Shown here piece by piece: positions 20,641-30,796 of a DNA stretch of 64,000 nt. A program made the position numbers and the translations under genes. The notes under the pieces were generated by a model, which was not told the origin of the DNA, searched no databases, and worked only from the letters and a program-made list of their open reading frames with translations. The stretch lies in assembly GCA_963832745.1 (NCBI GenBank), contig CAWHVC010000001.1, positions 352,001-416,000 of the forward strand, in the 5' to 3' direction. This stretch comes from Candidatus Bathyarchaeota archaeon (GTDB lineage Archaea > Thermoproteota > Bathyarchaeia > Bathyarchaeales > Bathycorpusculaceae). Every line of letters starts with the position of its first letter. The stretch's first letter is position 1.

Positions 20641-21594
20641 TTAAGGACAATCATCTTTTTTTGCAACCTTTTCCATTTGCTCCAAAATCAATCGCACTTT
20701 TTTGAGCTGTGTAGCCCTGAAGCCGCAATCGGGGCATAAATATTGGATATTTTCTTTGTTCACTGTTTTCACGATTCGATTATATCGCTCGATGATTGTT
20801 GCTTCATCTTCGACAATATTGTTTGAGATGAATCCTGCTGCAAGCTTGATGCCATGCTCTTCCAGCGTCTCTTTTGAGAATACCTCAAAATTCTCTTTTT
20901 CTAAATCTCCGCTAAATCCTACGCTCAAGATTGGAACTCCCAAACCCAAAAGAGTTTCATAAAGGTTAGAAACGCTTTTGATTGACCCGCAAACATGACA
21001 AAGCACTTTTTCTTCTTTAATTGCTGAGGATGGAAGCTGTGAAACAAAAGTTTTTAGAATCTTTTGTGCGGTGTCAAGAGGTATTTGCCCTGTTGAAAGT
21101 AAGGGTTCATCAATCTGCAGGAAAGCTCCAAGTTCAAGCAACCGCTGTGCTAATGGCAAGAGTGCTTGGGCGAAGTCAGAATATAACGTTTCAATATTAT
21201 CTAAACTGTAATGCTCCTCTGTGCTGTTGATGTCTGCTGAGGCGCAGATTGTACCTAAAGTCATTGGACCCGTTATGGAGATTTTGACTTTCGCTTCTTT
21301 ATTCGTGTCTTTTAAGATTGATTGCACGGTTTTGTAGTCTTGTATTTTGTAGAATTCGTCCAACTTGCTTTGTTCCAACGGCTTAATTTTTCCAGCAATT
21401 CTTAAGCCATCACCAAAGCGTTCTAAACCTTTCAGTTGCTCAAAATATTGAATCATGTTGCTTCGCTGTTCGCCATCCGAAACCAAATCAACGCCATAAT
21501 GCAATTGCAGGTCAACGACTTCTCTGATTGCATCTTCAAGACGCTTACCAGGAAAAGGCGGAAAACTCCCGACAACGGTTGTTTCAATTGCCAT
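20641..21594 (-). CDS. cobalamin-independent methionine synthase catalytic-domain protein (core-MetE-like)
   Basis: TTVVGSFP, SDGEQR, ITGPMTL, QIDEP, HVCG, PDCG. Confidence 0.85.
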   Translation of the reverse strand: MAIETTVVGSFPPFPGKRLEDAIREVVDLQLHYGVDLVSDGEQRSNMIQYFEQLKGLERFGDGLRIAGKIKPLEQSKLDEFYKIQDYKTVQSILKDTNKEAKVKISITGPMTLGTICASADINSTEEHYSLDNIETLYSDFAQALLPLAQRLLELGAFLQIDEPLLSTGQIPLDTAQKILKTFVSQLPSSAIKEEKVLCHVCGSIKSVSNLYETLLGLGVPILSVGFSGDLEKENFEVFSKETLEEHGIKLAAGFISNNIVEDEATIIERYNRIVKTVNKENIQYLCPDCGFRATQLKKVRLILEQMEKVAKKDDCP

Positions 21595-22148
21595 ATTTGT
21601 ATTTAGGCAAGTTAATTATTTAGGGCTTTCTTGAACGCAGTTTAACCGATAAAATAGCAGTAGCCAGAATCAAGCCAACAGCAATAGCAGCAATTAGCAC
21701 CGTCAAGTTTTGGGAAAGAAAATCGTGGGTTGGTTCATCCCGCATCTGTTATGCTTGTGAAATCTGCGCCTCCATGGCAATCAACAATCCAAGTCTTTGA
21801 AGAATCAGCAACACTGAAATTAACAAAATTAAACCAGATATAATTAAGCAGGTTGAAAGAACTAACGCAAATATTAAGCAGGCGTTTTTTCGCATAGGAC
21901 AACATACGGTAAAACGAGTGATTTTAATATAAAACTTGCTTAATTTATCCTAAATACAGGCTAATGTTTGAAAAAATCAATTCATATTTGAATAAAAATT
22001 CTATTCGACATATTAAGGAAAAACATTTTGGCCGCTGTTTTCTGGAAAAGGAATTTGATTGACTTTTTAGAAACGGCAAAATAGCTTTTGGATGATCTTC
22101 ATTAGCACTTGAAGCAAACATTCATACGTCTTTGGGGCGAATTCTTTT

Positions 22149-22499
22149 TTGAGGAAATTCTGGATGGCGTTTGTAAGGGAAAGAAAAAAGGAAGTTGACA
22201 TTGATTTTCCAGTTGAAGCTATTTGGCAGGCTTTGCCTAAAGCGGTGGATGAGTTTGATTGGGAAATAAAAGAAAAAGACGAAATTGCCCACCGTTTAAC
22301 CGTTAAAACTTCTGGGACACTCTACTCTTACGGTTCAACACTTAAGGTGGAACTAAAACAGTTAAGCGGTAACACAACCCGTATGACCGTTTACGGCGAA
22401 ACCCCTGTAACAACAATAACGTCTACATTGCAGTTTGGCCAAACAATCGACGTTATTGACGATTTCGTATTGGCACTGGCAGAAGTAATGAACCGTTAA
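22149..22499 (+). CDS. hypothetical protein
   Basis: 116-aa ORF with alpha/beta pattern. Confidence 0.7.
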   Translation: MRKFWMAFVRERKKEVDIDFPVEAIWQALPKAVDEFDWEIKEKDEIAHRLTVKTSGTLYSYGSTLKVELKQLSGNTTRMTVYGETPVTTITSTLQFGQTIDVIDDFVLALAEVMNR

Positions 22500-22653
22500 C
22501 AGCAGCTTTCGAATTGTGGTTGCATTTGTGTTTCCACATACTGCTATATGCCGCTTTTTGACTCAAAATACGGTGGCGATATTTTTGGCCGTAGAAAATA
22601 TTGAAATGGAAAATGTAGCAGTAATCGAAGCAGGTGAGAAAGCACATCGAACA

Positions 22654-23076
22654 ATGGGTCCAGTTGATTATATTTTGGTGCGGTTTCCTGGCAACAAGTT
22701 TAATGGAAAAATCATTCCCGAACTCATGCGTTTAGAAAAGAACGGAATCGTCCGCGTTATCGACTTAGTTTTGGTAGTAAAGGATTCAAATGGAAAAGTT
22801 TTCATTACCGAAGCCAAAGACCTCAAAGGAGAAGCAGCAACCGCGTACTCTGAAATTGCCCAAAACACTCGGGAATGGTTCTATGAAGGCGACATAAACG
22901 CTCTTGCAGATAACTTACCAAACGACAGTTCCGCAGCGTTATTGCTGTTTGAAAACATCTGGGCTATCAAATTCAAAGAAGCACTCATTAATTCTGAAGC
23001 TGAACTAATTGACATGGGTAGGATTCCACCTAATGTAATCGAAAAAGTACAAGACTTAATGGAAGGAGGCACTTAG
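22654..23076 (+). CDS. DUF6325-like protein
   Basis: MGPVDYILVRFPGNKF.G.I.PEL..L...G.VRVIDL, SSAALLLFENIWA, GRIP; the ORF-track start at 22516 is probably too long. Confidence 0.8.
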   Translation: MGPVDYILVRFPGNKFNGKIIPELMRLEKNGIVRVIDLVLVVKDSNGKVFITEAKDLKGEAATAYSEIAQNTREWFYEGDINALADNLPNDSSAALLLFENIWAIKFKEALINSEAELIDMGRIPPNVIEKVQDLMEGGT

Positions 23077-23078
23077 CT

Positions 23079-23351
23079 TTGAGAGGAAGAGGCATAATGC
23101 TTGTAGCGGGGATGCGTGCGGGAGAACGTAAGGCAGAAGCGTCACAACAACAGCAACAGGCGCAGCAAAAAGCACAGGCTCAGGCGTATCAGGAAGGGCA
23201 GAAGTCTGCTCAGGCACAATCGGTAGCGGCACCAGCGGTTGCTCCACCGAAAGACACCACTACCGAATTGATGAAACTTGCTGATCTGCACAAGTCCGGT
23301 GCATTAACTGATGCAGAGTTTGAAGCAGCAAAAAAGAAGTTGTTAAGTTAA
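23079..23351 (+). CDS. SHOCT-domain protein
   Basis: Q/A-rich linker then ELMKLADLHKSGALTDAEFEAAKKKLL. Confidence 0.9.
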   Translation: MRGRGIMLVAGMRAGERKAEASQQQQQAQQKAQAQAYQEGQKSAQAQSVAAPAVAPPKDTTTELMKLADLHKSGALTDAEFEAAKKKLLS

Positions 23352-23378
23352 TCTTCAAACAAACTTTTTCTTCTTTTT

Positions 23379-23714
23379 TTAGACAATTTTGATATGGATT
23401 TTTTGATTTTCTATTTTTACAAGGTATGCCGTTAAATTGGGTAGTTTTGGGCTGTATGGATTGACCTGTGGGGGTGCTATGCATCTTCCGGTGGTTACAT
23501 CAAATTTTGCTTGATGCCGTGGACAAGTTAGAACTGTGCCTTCAAGTTTGCCCATTGAAAGGTCTCCTCCCAAATGTGGACAGGTATTATCGATTGCAGA
23601 GATGTTGCCTTCAATATTAGAGATAAGGATATCTCTGTTTTGCAAGGTTACTTTTTTTAAGGTTCCATTGGGCATTTCTGAAACATCTATAACTGGTATG
23701 TAGCCTGACTCCAA
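23379..23714 (-). CDS. Rieske [2Fe-2S] ferredoxin
   Basis: CPHLGG and CPRH...FDVTTG. Confidence 0.93.
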   Translation of the reverse strand: MESGYIPVIDVSEMPNGTLKKVTLQNRDILISNIEGNISAIDNTCPHLGGDLSMGKLEGTVLTCPRHQAKFDVTTGRCIAPPQVNPYSPKLPNLTAYLVKIENQKIHIKIV

Positions 23715-23772
23715 AAAGTTTGCCTCAACCTTAAGTTAAGATTAAGAGCTTTAAAGGCATTGCTTGCCTTGA

Positions 23773-24345
23773 TTAACGAGGGATTTTTTTGTGATACACC
23801 GAAAACACAAGTAGACAATTCATAACTGTCAAGTACACAGGAAAAGCAAGTGCGCTAAAATTCCAAATCGTGGCAGCGGCGAAGCTTGTTAAGGGACTAA
23901 AGATGCCGATAAGGTAAGGCCAGGCGGATTCGGTTTGCGGGTTTGTCCAAGCTTTTGCCAAAGTCGGAAAGGCAGCGAAAGCATCACCTGCAATAGCTAA
24001 CCCGATGGCTAAGTTAGGTTCTTGTGTGATGTACCAAAGCACGAGTGCCAATCCTGAGAGGACACCGCATAGGTAATCAACTCGTGAAAGTTTCCAGTAA
24101 GCCTTTCTAGTTAAAAAAGAAGCTATGAAAATCAGTAAGGGGCAAAAACCTGCCATGAACACTGGCAGCACAGCCAATTCAACGCCGTTGGAGATTGCAG
24201 CGGCTGTAGCTATGAGGGGCGCGACTGACCACATTAGCCAGGTTACCCTGTTAGGCAGTGTGTCACCTTTGAACATTGACCGTATGTAGGCAACTGCTGC
24301 AACTAGTGAAGCGAAGGCTGCAACGTAGACAAGATACTCTAGCAT
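23773..24345 (-). CDS. hypothetical membrane protein (PQ-loop-like repeat)
   Basis: YIRS..KG.T.PNRVTW and PT..KAW..P.TES..P motifs. Confidence 0.75.
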   Translation of the reverse strand: MLEYLVYVAAFASLVAAVAYIRSMFKGDTLPNRVTWLMWSVAPLIATAAAISNGVELAVLPVFMAGFCPLLIFIASFLTRKAYWKLSRVDYLCGVLSGLALVLWYITQEPNLAIGLAIAGDAFAAFPTLAKAWTNPQTESAWPYLIGIFSPLTSFAAATIWNFSALAFPVYLTVMNCLLVFSVYHKKIPR

Positions 24346-24404
24346 AATGCGTGATGTATGTTTTCTGGTATTTTAACAATTCAAAAATTTACTTTTTTGG
24401 CGGA

Positions 24405-24923
24405 TTATTCGCCTTTTTTCTCTTCTATTGTCAGCACCTGGCGGGGGCTGTAGCCTTTTTTACTTAATGACATGTCAATTAACTCTATTTTAGATGGGTC
24501 AATTCGCATTAACGAAAGTTGTTGAGGGAAATCTTGCAGGTTAAATTGTTTGGCGGTTTTTTCCCACTGGTAATCTTCCAAGCCTTCCTTAAATTTTTCA
24601 GTATTTCTTGGGAGTATTGTTGCTTTTCCAGTAATTTGAGCTCCTTTGGCGCTATCCCACCCTGTGTACGGCAAGTAAATGCCTACGCTAACATTTTGGT
24701 TGTTGGCTAAATTTTTGATTTTCATACCTGGCTCGCCCGCAAAATAAAGGGTAATTCCTTTGCAGTGGTATTCAATAGGAGTTGCCCGTGGCATGTTGTC
24801 ATAACAAGTTGCCAAAACACACATGTTGTTTTCAGAAAGAAATTGTTTAACATGTTCTTCTAACTCTTGAGGTGCCATAACCTTAGTTGGCTGGTTTCTA
24901 AAAGACATAACTGTATCCTCCAA
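24405..24923 (-). CDS. pyridoxamine 5'-phosphate oxidase family protein
   Basis: CVLAT....PRATPIEY, K..N...N.NVS, GAQITGKA. Confidence 0.85.
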   Translation of the reverse strand: MEDTVMSFRNQPTKVMAPQELEEHVKQFLSENNMCVLATCYDNMPRATPIEYHCKGITLYFAGEPGMKIKNLANNQNVSVGIYLPYTGWDSAKGAQITGKATILPRNTEKFKEGLEDYQWEKTAKQFNLQDFPQQLSLMRIDPSKIELIDMSLSKKGYSPRQVLTIEEKKGE

Positions 24924-25034
24924 TAATCAAGTATTTTTAGAAGATTAAATCTTATTGGGCCTGAAGAATAACTCTACCGCGGTGGGGCAATGCATAATAG
25001 TTTAGTTTTGGAATAATGGTTTAAGCGATGACTC

Positions 25035-25814
25035 TTGGTGCTGCAAAGTTCACGGACTGCATGGTTAAAACGTAAAGCTCCAAAGTTGATTGTTGCGGCA
25101 GTAATCATCATTGTTGTCGGCTACTTCTTGTTTGAAATACTCGAAGACGTCCTTGTTGAGGGTTCAACACTGACAAGCGAGCCAGTAATCGGAGCAATAA
25201 TCTCTTTTACCCGTGACGTTACCGCCACTATTTCCTCATGGGGTTACGTGGGACTTTTTCTTTTGATGCTGCTGGAATCAAGCTCTTTTCCTATACCCAG
25301 CGAAGTCATTTTGCCCTTTGCAGGTTATCTTGTTTCAACAACCAAACTGGATTTAGGTTTAACGATACTTTTCGCCACAGTCGCTGGCGTCTGCGGTTCA
25401 CTAATTGACTACTACATTGGCCGAAAAGGCGTAAACATGCTGGCAAAATACAAGCTATTAGGGCACGTTGTTTTTTCGCCTGACCAACTTGCGACAGCAG
25501 CAAAATGGTTTGGCAAGTACGGAGCCGCAATGGTTTTTCTTGGGCGACTGGTTCCGGGGATCAGGACATTTATTTCGTTTCCAGCTGGAGCTGTCAAAAT
25601 GTCAGTTACAAAGTTTGTTATTTACACGGCGGCTGGTTGCTTAATTTGGAATTCAATACTGGTTTATGTGGGTTACTATTTGGGCAGCAATTGGGCGCAA
25701 GTTGCAGGGGTCTCACATTACCTTATTTTAGGAGTTATCGCTGTAATAGCAGGTGTTGTAGTGTACTGGCTATTAAGGCGAAGGCGTATAAAGAAAACAA
25801 AACAGGCAATTTAG
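25035..25814 (+). CDS. DedA family membrane protein
   Basis: LESSSFPIPSEVILPFAG, GRLVPGIRTFISFPAG. Confidence 0.93.
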   Translation: MVLQSSRTAWLKRKAPKLIVAAVIIIVVGYFLFEILEDVLVEGSTLTSEPVIGAIISFTRDVTATISSWGYVGLFLLMLLESSSFPIPSEVILPFAGYLVSTTKLDLGLTILFATVAGVCGSLIDYYIGRKGVNMLAKYKLLGHVVFSPDQLATAAKWFGKYGAAMVFLGRLVPGIRTFISFPAGAVKMSVTKFVIYTAAGCLIWNSILVYVGYYLGSNWAQVAGVSHYLILGVIAVIAGVVVYWLLRRRRIKKTKQAI

Positions 25815-25824
25815 CTTGTAATGT

Positions 25825-26115
25825 TTAGTATTTTTTACCTTGAGAAAGTTTTTCAAGTATGATTTTTACGTCTGCATCGTTATCTGCTAAAATGTTGACC
25901 CATAACTCAAATTCTGCTTTTGAGATTTCTTTTTGCAAATTGCCGTTTTGGTCTGCAGAAAAGTATTTCGCGGCGCCTGCTGGGGAAGACAGCAGCCTAA
26001 CGTAGAATATTCGGTCGTCAAGTACTATTTTAGAGGAGCAGCTTTCGCTTTCTGCAGAGTCATAATCGATTTCATACGCCATAATGGTGCCCTTAAGAAA
26101 CAGGTTGCCACCCAA
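25825..26115 (-). CDS. hypothetical protein (start probably 26082)
   Basis: Acidic ORF convergent with dedA. Confidence 0.6.
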   Translation of the reverse strand: MGGNLFLKGTIMAYEIDYDSAESESCSSKIVLDDRIFYVRLLSSPAGAAKYFSADQNGNLQKEISKAEFELWVNILADNDADVKIILEKLSQGKKY

Positions 26116-26367
26116 ATTTACTTAAACTTTACCCTAAACAAACATTCAAACCCCTCTATGCAGTAAAAAGGAATATTTTGATTTTTACAAATCTCTTAGC
26201 ATAAAAAATCAGTATGCACTTTAAAACTAAAAAAGCTACAAACAAAACAAGCGGGCTTCACCACAAAAACATTTTTTTCAAAATTCTTGTTAGAATTTCC
26301 TCTTCAATATAGTGAAGCTTCGCTACTTAACTCGAGAGGAAGATACTTTGGGCGGCTTGAAACTTTA

Positions 26368-26535
26368 CTATGTGGCTTTTTGACTGTGCAGGGTGGCTGC
26401 TGCCGCTAAACTGTTTTTGTTAACATTTCGTTTATCTGATTTTTCGCCGTAAAAGCAGAGGAGCCATCCGCAAAACCAAATTGCAATGGCAAATGGAAAG
26501 AAGGCTATCTTTAACATTTTTTTGGTGGACGCCAT
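26368..26535 (-). CDS. small membrane protein (55 aa, not in ORF track)
   Basis: MASTKKMLKIAFFPFAIAIWFCGWLLCFYGEK..., one TM. Confidence 0.4.
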   Translation of the reverse strand: MASTKKMLKIAFFPFAIAIWFCGWLLCFYGEKSDKRNVNKNSLAAAATLHSQKAT

Positions 26536-26628
26536 TTTGCTCGCTTACCTAATATGCATGTTATTTGAAGATAAGCTTTGCGAAAAAAGGACAAGTTAGT
26601 GTTTATCGATAAAAAAAGCATACGAAAG

Positions 26629-28263
26629 TTAGTTATCCCATTTTAAACCTAATATTTTTAGTTTTTTCCTGATAGATTTTGAGCGTTTAATGAAAAGGTA
26701 GCCTGATGCAAGAATAATAATTGATGACGCAATGGCAGTTGCAACCCAAAAAGTGGGAAACGTGGCTATAACAAAAGATACCTCAGAGGATGAACCAGAG
26801 TTTCCAAGCTTATCAACTGCATACACGATTATGCTGTGACTTCCATCAGGCAACGCTGGCAAGGTAATGTTTCCCGTGATGGACGTTGAAGATTGCCCAT
26901 CCAAACTGTAAGTTAACTGAGTCGCGGGCTCGTCAAGTACAAAAGTTAATGGCACATCTGCTGAACTGTATGTTTCTTCCAACGGCATTAATACAGTGAT
27001 GTTTGGCGCAGTGTTATCAATGGTAAAGTAAACCGGTTGTGAAGCACCCATATTACCCAAAGTGTCATTAGCAAAAACCATTATGACGTGTTGACCATCA
27101 GGAATATCTGTAATTTCAGGAGTTCCAGTTAAAGTAACGTTTAGATTGTTATCTAAAGAGTATCCGACCCAAGAAACAGCTTTGCTAATTTTGCACTCAA
27201 TTTTTACGTTTTTGTAAGTAATATTTTCTGGACTTATAATCTCAATAGTGGGCGCAATTTTTCCGTATCCCACTGGTTTGAATTCTTCATTGCTGTTTAA
27301 CCAGTTTGCTCCATCAAAACCGCCAACTGCATAGACAACATCGTTTACAATTGCCAAACCCAAATAAGCTCGTGCGGATGACATTTTTGGGCCTTCACTC
27401 CAAGAGTTATTTTCAATATCATAAATCTGGGTTTTATCACTAAAAGTTCCCGCAGAATAGCCACCGATATAGTAAATTTTCGTTGGCGCCATAACACCCG
27501 AAGTAACAACAGTCGCACCATAACTGGAAGGGTAGTTTAATGGTTTGCCAGTTGTCCAAGTATCTGTTTGAGTGTCATAGATTTGAACAGCGTTAGTTGA
27601 TGAATCAACCCCTGATACTGATTGTTTTGTTCCACCTATCATGTAAATTTTTGTGTCGATAACAATTGAAGCGCAACCTTGAAGCGCAGTGGGCATTGAA
27701 ACATTTGTGGACCACGTATTAGTTGCAATGTCGTAAACTTGGTTAATGTTTGTCTGATTATAGTAAGGTGAAATACTTGAGTAAGTTTTTCCGCCGATAA
27801 GATAAATTTTGCCGTTAACAACATTCGCTGACAAATCAGCTCTTGGAGTAGGCATAGAAGCCACGGTTTGCCAAGTATTGCTAACGGGGTTATAAACTTC
27901 TACGTTACCCGTGAAGCTGTCACCAACTGAACCACCGATAACATAAATTTTGTTCTCATAGGTTGTTATGGCAAATCCTGTTCGGGCAGTTGGCATAGGC
28001 GTTTTAGTGTACCACATGTTCGTTGCTGGGTCATACATTTCATTTAACGCAAGTTCACCATTACTGCTTGAACCACCTATTGCATAAACTTTGCCTGATA
28101 CTACCGCTAAGCCTAATCCGCCACGGCTTGTCGGCATAGCCGCTAAACTTGTCCATGAAGACTCTGTTTCTGTGTCCGCGGCTTGGAGGGTTTTGAGTGG
28201 CAGGACTGTTAAAACTATAGAAATGGCAAGTAGCAGGATTAAGGCTTGGATATGCTTGCTCGT
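26629..28263 (-). CDS. cell-surface Kelch-repeat protein with two Ig-like repeats and C-terminal anchor
   Basis: Repeated MPT.R...KIYVIGG Kelch units, YSLD Ig-like repeats, C-terminal TM; an in-frame signal peptide lies upstream of ATG 28137. Confidence 0.9.
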   Translation of the reverse strand, partial: TSKHIQALILLLAISIVLTVLPLKTLQAADTETESSWTSLAAMPTSRGGLGLAVVSGKVYAIGGSSSNGELALNEMYDPATNMWYTKTPMPTARTGFAITTYENKIYVIGGSVGDSFTGNVEVYNPVSNTWQTVASMPTPRADLSANVVNGKIYLIGGKTYSSISPYYNQTNINQVYDIATNTWSTNVSMPTALQGCASIVIDTKIYMIGGTKQSVSGVDSSTNAVQIYDTQTDTWTTGKPLNYPSSYGATVVTSGVMAPTKIYYIGGYSAGTFSDKTQIYDIENNSWSEGPKMSSARAYLGLAIVNDVVYAVGGFDGANWLNSNEEFKPVGYGKIAPTIEIISPENITYKNVKIECKISKAVSWVGYSLDNNLNVTLTGTPEITDIPDGQHVIMVFANDTLGNMGASQPVYFTIDNTAPNITVLMPLEETYSSADVPLTFVLDEPATQLTYSLDGQSSTSITGNITLPALPDGSHSIIVYAVDKLGNSGSSSEVSFVIATFPTFWVATAIASSIIILASGYLFIKRSKSIRKKLKILGLKWDN

Positions 28264-28385
28264 TTTGAGACCTCTTGCAGTGGTTTTTTCTTAAAGCTAA
28301 TAGTGCTCTTTTATCCTTATATGGTTGAAGGTTTCTTAAAAATTAGAAGCCAATTTTTTAAAAAGGGAAGAGATAGGTGAAATTC

Positions 28386-29672
28386 TTAAGCTTGGTCTGC
28401 GGGGGTTTTCTTTGACCTTTTTTTGAACATTAGTTTGGCAGTGAGGATTTTTTCGGTTGAGAACAGTTTTGAGGCAAAGTACATGATGATAACGGTAAAG
28501 ATTGTAACGTAGATGATGCCGAATAGGACTGTGGTGTAGTCGCCCATGATTACTGCTTTGGATGCTATGATTGGGTGGCTGTACGGGATTGCGTAAAATA
28601 TTGCTTTGACCGCGGTTGGTAACGTGTTTATGTCCAAGTACATTAGTGCCATTGATGGTATGAAGATTAACGGGTAAATGTAGCCTATGAGGGCTTGTGC
28701 GCTGCGGACGTTTTCTGCGAAACTGGACATGACAACGGCTAGAGCAAGTGCGGATAATAACGTGACGAAAAGGGATATTCCAAGCATGATGTAGCCAAAG
28801 GTTGAGGGAACCAAGCCCAGGGTGACGAGGTCAACGTTTGCAGTGTTGGGGATGCCCATTGTGATTGAGCCTATCATGTATGAGTAGCCGACTAGGACTG
28901 TTACTGCTGCGACGCCGGCGACGATGACTGTGCTTGAGACTTTGCCCATTAGTATTGCAAAGCGGTCTACGGGTGCGGTTAGGAGTGTTTCAAGGGTTTT
29001 TTCTTCTTTTTCCATTGCGACGCTGGTTGCGGCTATCTGCATTGCGTATGTAATCATTATCATGACGGTTAAAGGCAAAGCGATTGATTGTGAAATCATT
29101 AAGCCGGATAAGGTTGCTGGGTCTATGCCTTCTTGTACTTGGCCTTTGATGATTGTTGATTGTGTTGTCAGGACTGCGTCGGGGGCGATTGCGCGGTTGA
29201 AGGCTTCGACGTATAGGGTTAAGCTTGAGGTGCCGATATCGCTAAAGATGCCGCCGCCTTGGAAGACACCGTAAATGTTGACGTCTGTTGTTGTGTTGAA
29301 GGTGCCGTTTAGGTGCTGGGTCATGTTTTGGCTGAATCCTGCTGGGATTTCCATGAATTGTGTGCTGTTGTAATTTGCGAGGAGATTTTGGTCTATGACT
29401 TGTTGGGCGGGGATGTCTTTTAGGACTTGAACATTCATGGACGAGTTAAGGTATGCTATGAAGGTTTGGCTCCAGTTGCCGCCGTCATTGTCTACGACGA
29501 CCAAGGTGGCTTTTTGTGCTTGTTCCTGCGCGCTGGTCACTGCGTAACCCATTACTAAGCCTAGGACAGGGAACATTATGAGTGGAACAAGAATCATGCC
29601 GACCAAAATTTTGGGGTCCCGCATGAGTTCTTTAAGCTCTTTTAGAAGAATCGTTGTAAAGCCTTTAAGCAT
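28386..29672 (-). CDS. ABC-2 permease, NatB-like
   Basis: KELKELMRD, SVAMEKEEKTLETLLTAP...GK; ATG 29672 overlaps the ATPase stop. Confidence 0.9.
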   Translation of the reverse strand: MLKGFTTILLKELKELMRDPKILVGMILVPLIMFPVLGLVMGYAVTSAQEQAQKATLVVVDNDGGNWSQTFIAYLNSSMNVQVLKDIPAQQVIDQNLLANYNSTQFMEIPAGFSQNMTQHLNGTFNTTTDVNIYGVFQGGGIFSDIGTSSLTLYVEAFNRAIAPDAVLTTQSTIIKGQVQEGIDPATLSGLMISQSIALPLTVMIMITYAMQIAATSVAMEKEEKTLETLLTAPVDRFAILMGKVSSTVIVAGVAAVTVLVGYSYMIGSITMGIPNTANVDLVTLGLVPSTFGYIMLGISLFVTLLSALALAVVMSSFAENVRSAQALIGYIYPLIFIPSMALMYLDINTLPTAVKAIFYAIPYSHPIIASKAVIMGDYTTVLFGIIYVTIFTVIIMYFASKLFSTEKILTAKLMFKKRSKKTPADQA

Positions 29673-30408
29673 AACCTGCCACCTTCGCGAAGACTTCTTC
29701 GAGGTTTTCGCTGCCATACTTGGCTTTAAGTTCTTTTGGTTCGCCTTCAACAACGATTTTGCCTTTGTTAACAAAAGAGACGCGGTTGCAGAGGTATTCT
29801 ACTTCAAGCATGTTGTGGCTGCTTAAAATTACGGTGATTCCGTAATCTTTGACGTAACGCTTGATGATCTCTCGAACGTGGTAAGCGTGGAGAACGTCTA
29901 AGCCGCTTGCGGGTTCATCGAGCACTGCCAATTTGGGGTGGGTCATAAGGGCGCGGGCGATGAGGAGACGGCGTTTCATGCCTTTACTGTAGGTTTTGGC
30001 GCGGTCTTTTAGGCGGTCTCCGAGTCCGCTGAGTTCTGCGGCTTCGTTTACCATGGTTTTGAGGTCGCGGTCTGGGGTTTGATTGAATTTTGCCATGAAC
30101 TGGAGGTATTCAAGGCCAGTGAGGTTTGGGTAAGCGCCCGATTCTTCTGGCAGGTAACTGAGGATTTTTCGGACTTCAGCGGCTTTAGAAACGACGTCTA
30201 ACCCGAATATGTCAATTTTACCTGAAGTTGGCAAAATTAGGGTGCAGATGGTGCGTAGTGTGGTTGTTTTGCCGGCGCCGTTTGGGCCGATTAATCCGTA
30301 GACTTCGCCGGGTTTAACGGTGAAGCTTAATTCATCCAACGCGCGGACAGTGCCGAATTGTTTTACTAACGATTTAGCATCAACAGCAAGAGTCAAAGTA
30401 TGATACAC
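29665..30408 (-). CDS. ABC transporter ATP-binding protein, NatA-like
   Basis: GPNGAGKT, YSKGMKRR, LDEPASGLD, SSHNMLEVE. Confidence 0.93.
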   Translation of the reverse strand: MYHTLTLAVDAKSLVKQFGTVRALDELSFTVKPGEVYGLIGPNGAGKTTTLRTICTLILPTSGKIDIFGLDVVSKAAEVRKILSYLPEESGAYPNLTGLEYLQFMAKFNQTPDRDLKTMVNEAAELSGLGDRLKDRAKTYSKGMKRRLLIARALMTHPKLAVLDEPASGLDVLHAYHVREIIKRYVKDYGITVILSSHNMLEVEYLCNRVSFVNKGKIVVEGEPKELKAKYGSENLEEVFAKVAGYA

Positions 30409-30413
30409 GCTCT

Positions 30414-30428
30414 CCCGAAATATTCGGG
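30414..30428. promoter_or_regulatory. palindromic operator candidate CCCGAA-ATA-TTCGGG
   Basis: Perfect 6-bp inverted repeat between a minus-strand TATA-like box (~30438-30444) and the ABC ATPase start. Confidence 0.45.
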
Positions 30429-30644
30429 CAATATCGATATAAAGTTAATCAAGCGTAAACAGCGATTGAGCGCTTTTTGGGGTTTGGGTTTGCAAATTAC
30501 TTTTTCTTAAAAATTCACAGAGGGTGAAAAAGCATCAGTAGGATCTATATTCTCAGTGTTTTACAGTTTTTTTGGAGTTTTTTTGTGGTGTTGCTGAAAG
30601 GGTTTATTAAGGCAATAAGTGAATTACTGCGTTTGGTGTAAAAA

Positions 30645-30737
30645 ATGGTATATACACTTTTCATTGAAGAAGACGAAGAAAACTGCGACGACGACTGCGA
30701 TTGCGACTGCGAATGTGAAGACTGCGAGGACGAGTAA
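30645..30737 (+). CDS. 30-aa acidic Cys-rich peptide MVYTLFIEEDEENCDDDCDCDCECEDCEDE
   Basis: TATA-like TTTATTAA at 30603, GGTG upstream of ATG, TAA stop, T-rich terminator-like tract after. Confidence 0.65.
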   Translation: MVYTLFIEEDEENCDDDCDCDCECEDCEDE

Positions 30738-30796
30738 ACCCGCAAAAATGTGCGGTAACCCTTCCTTTTTTCCGTTTTTTAAATCTGACCCGTTTT

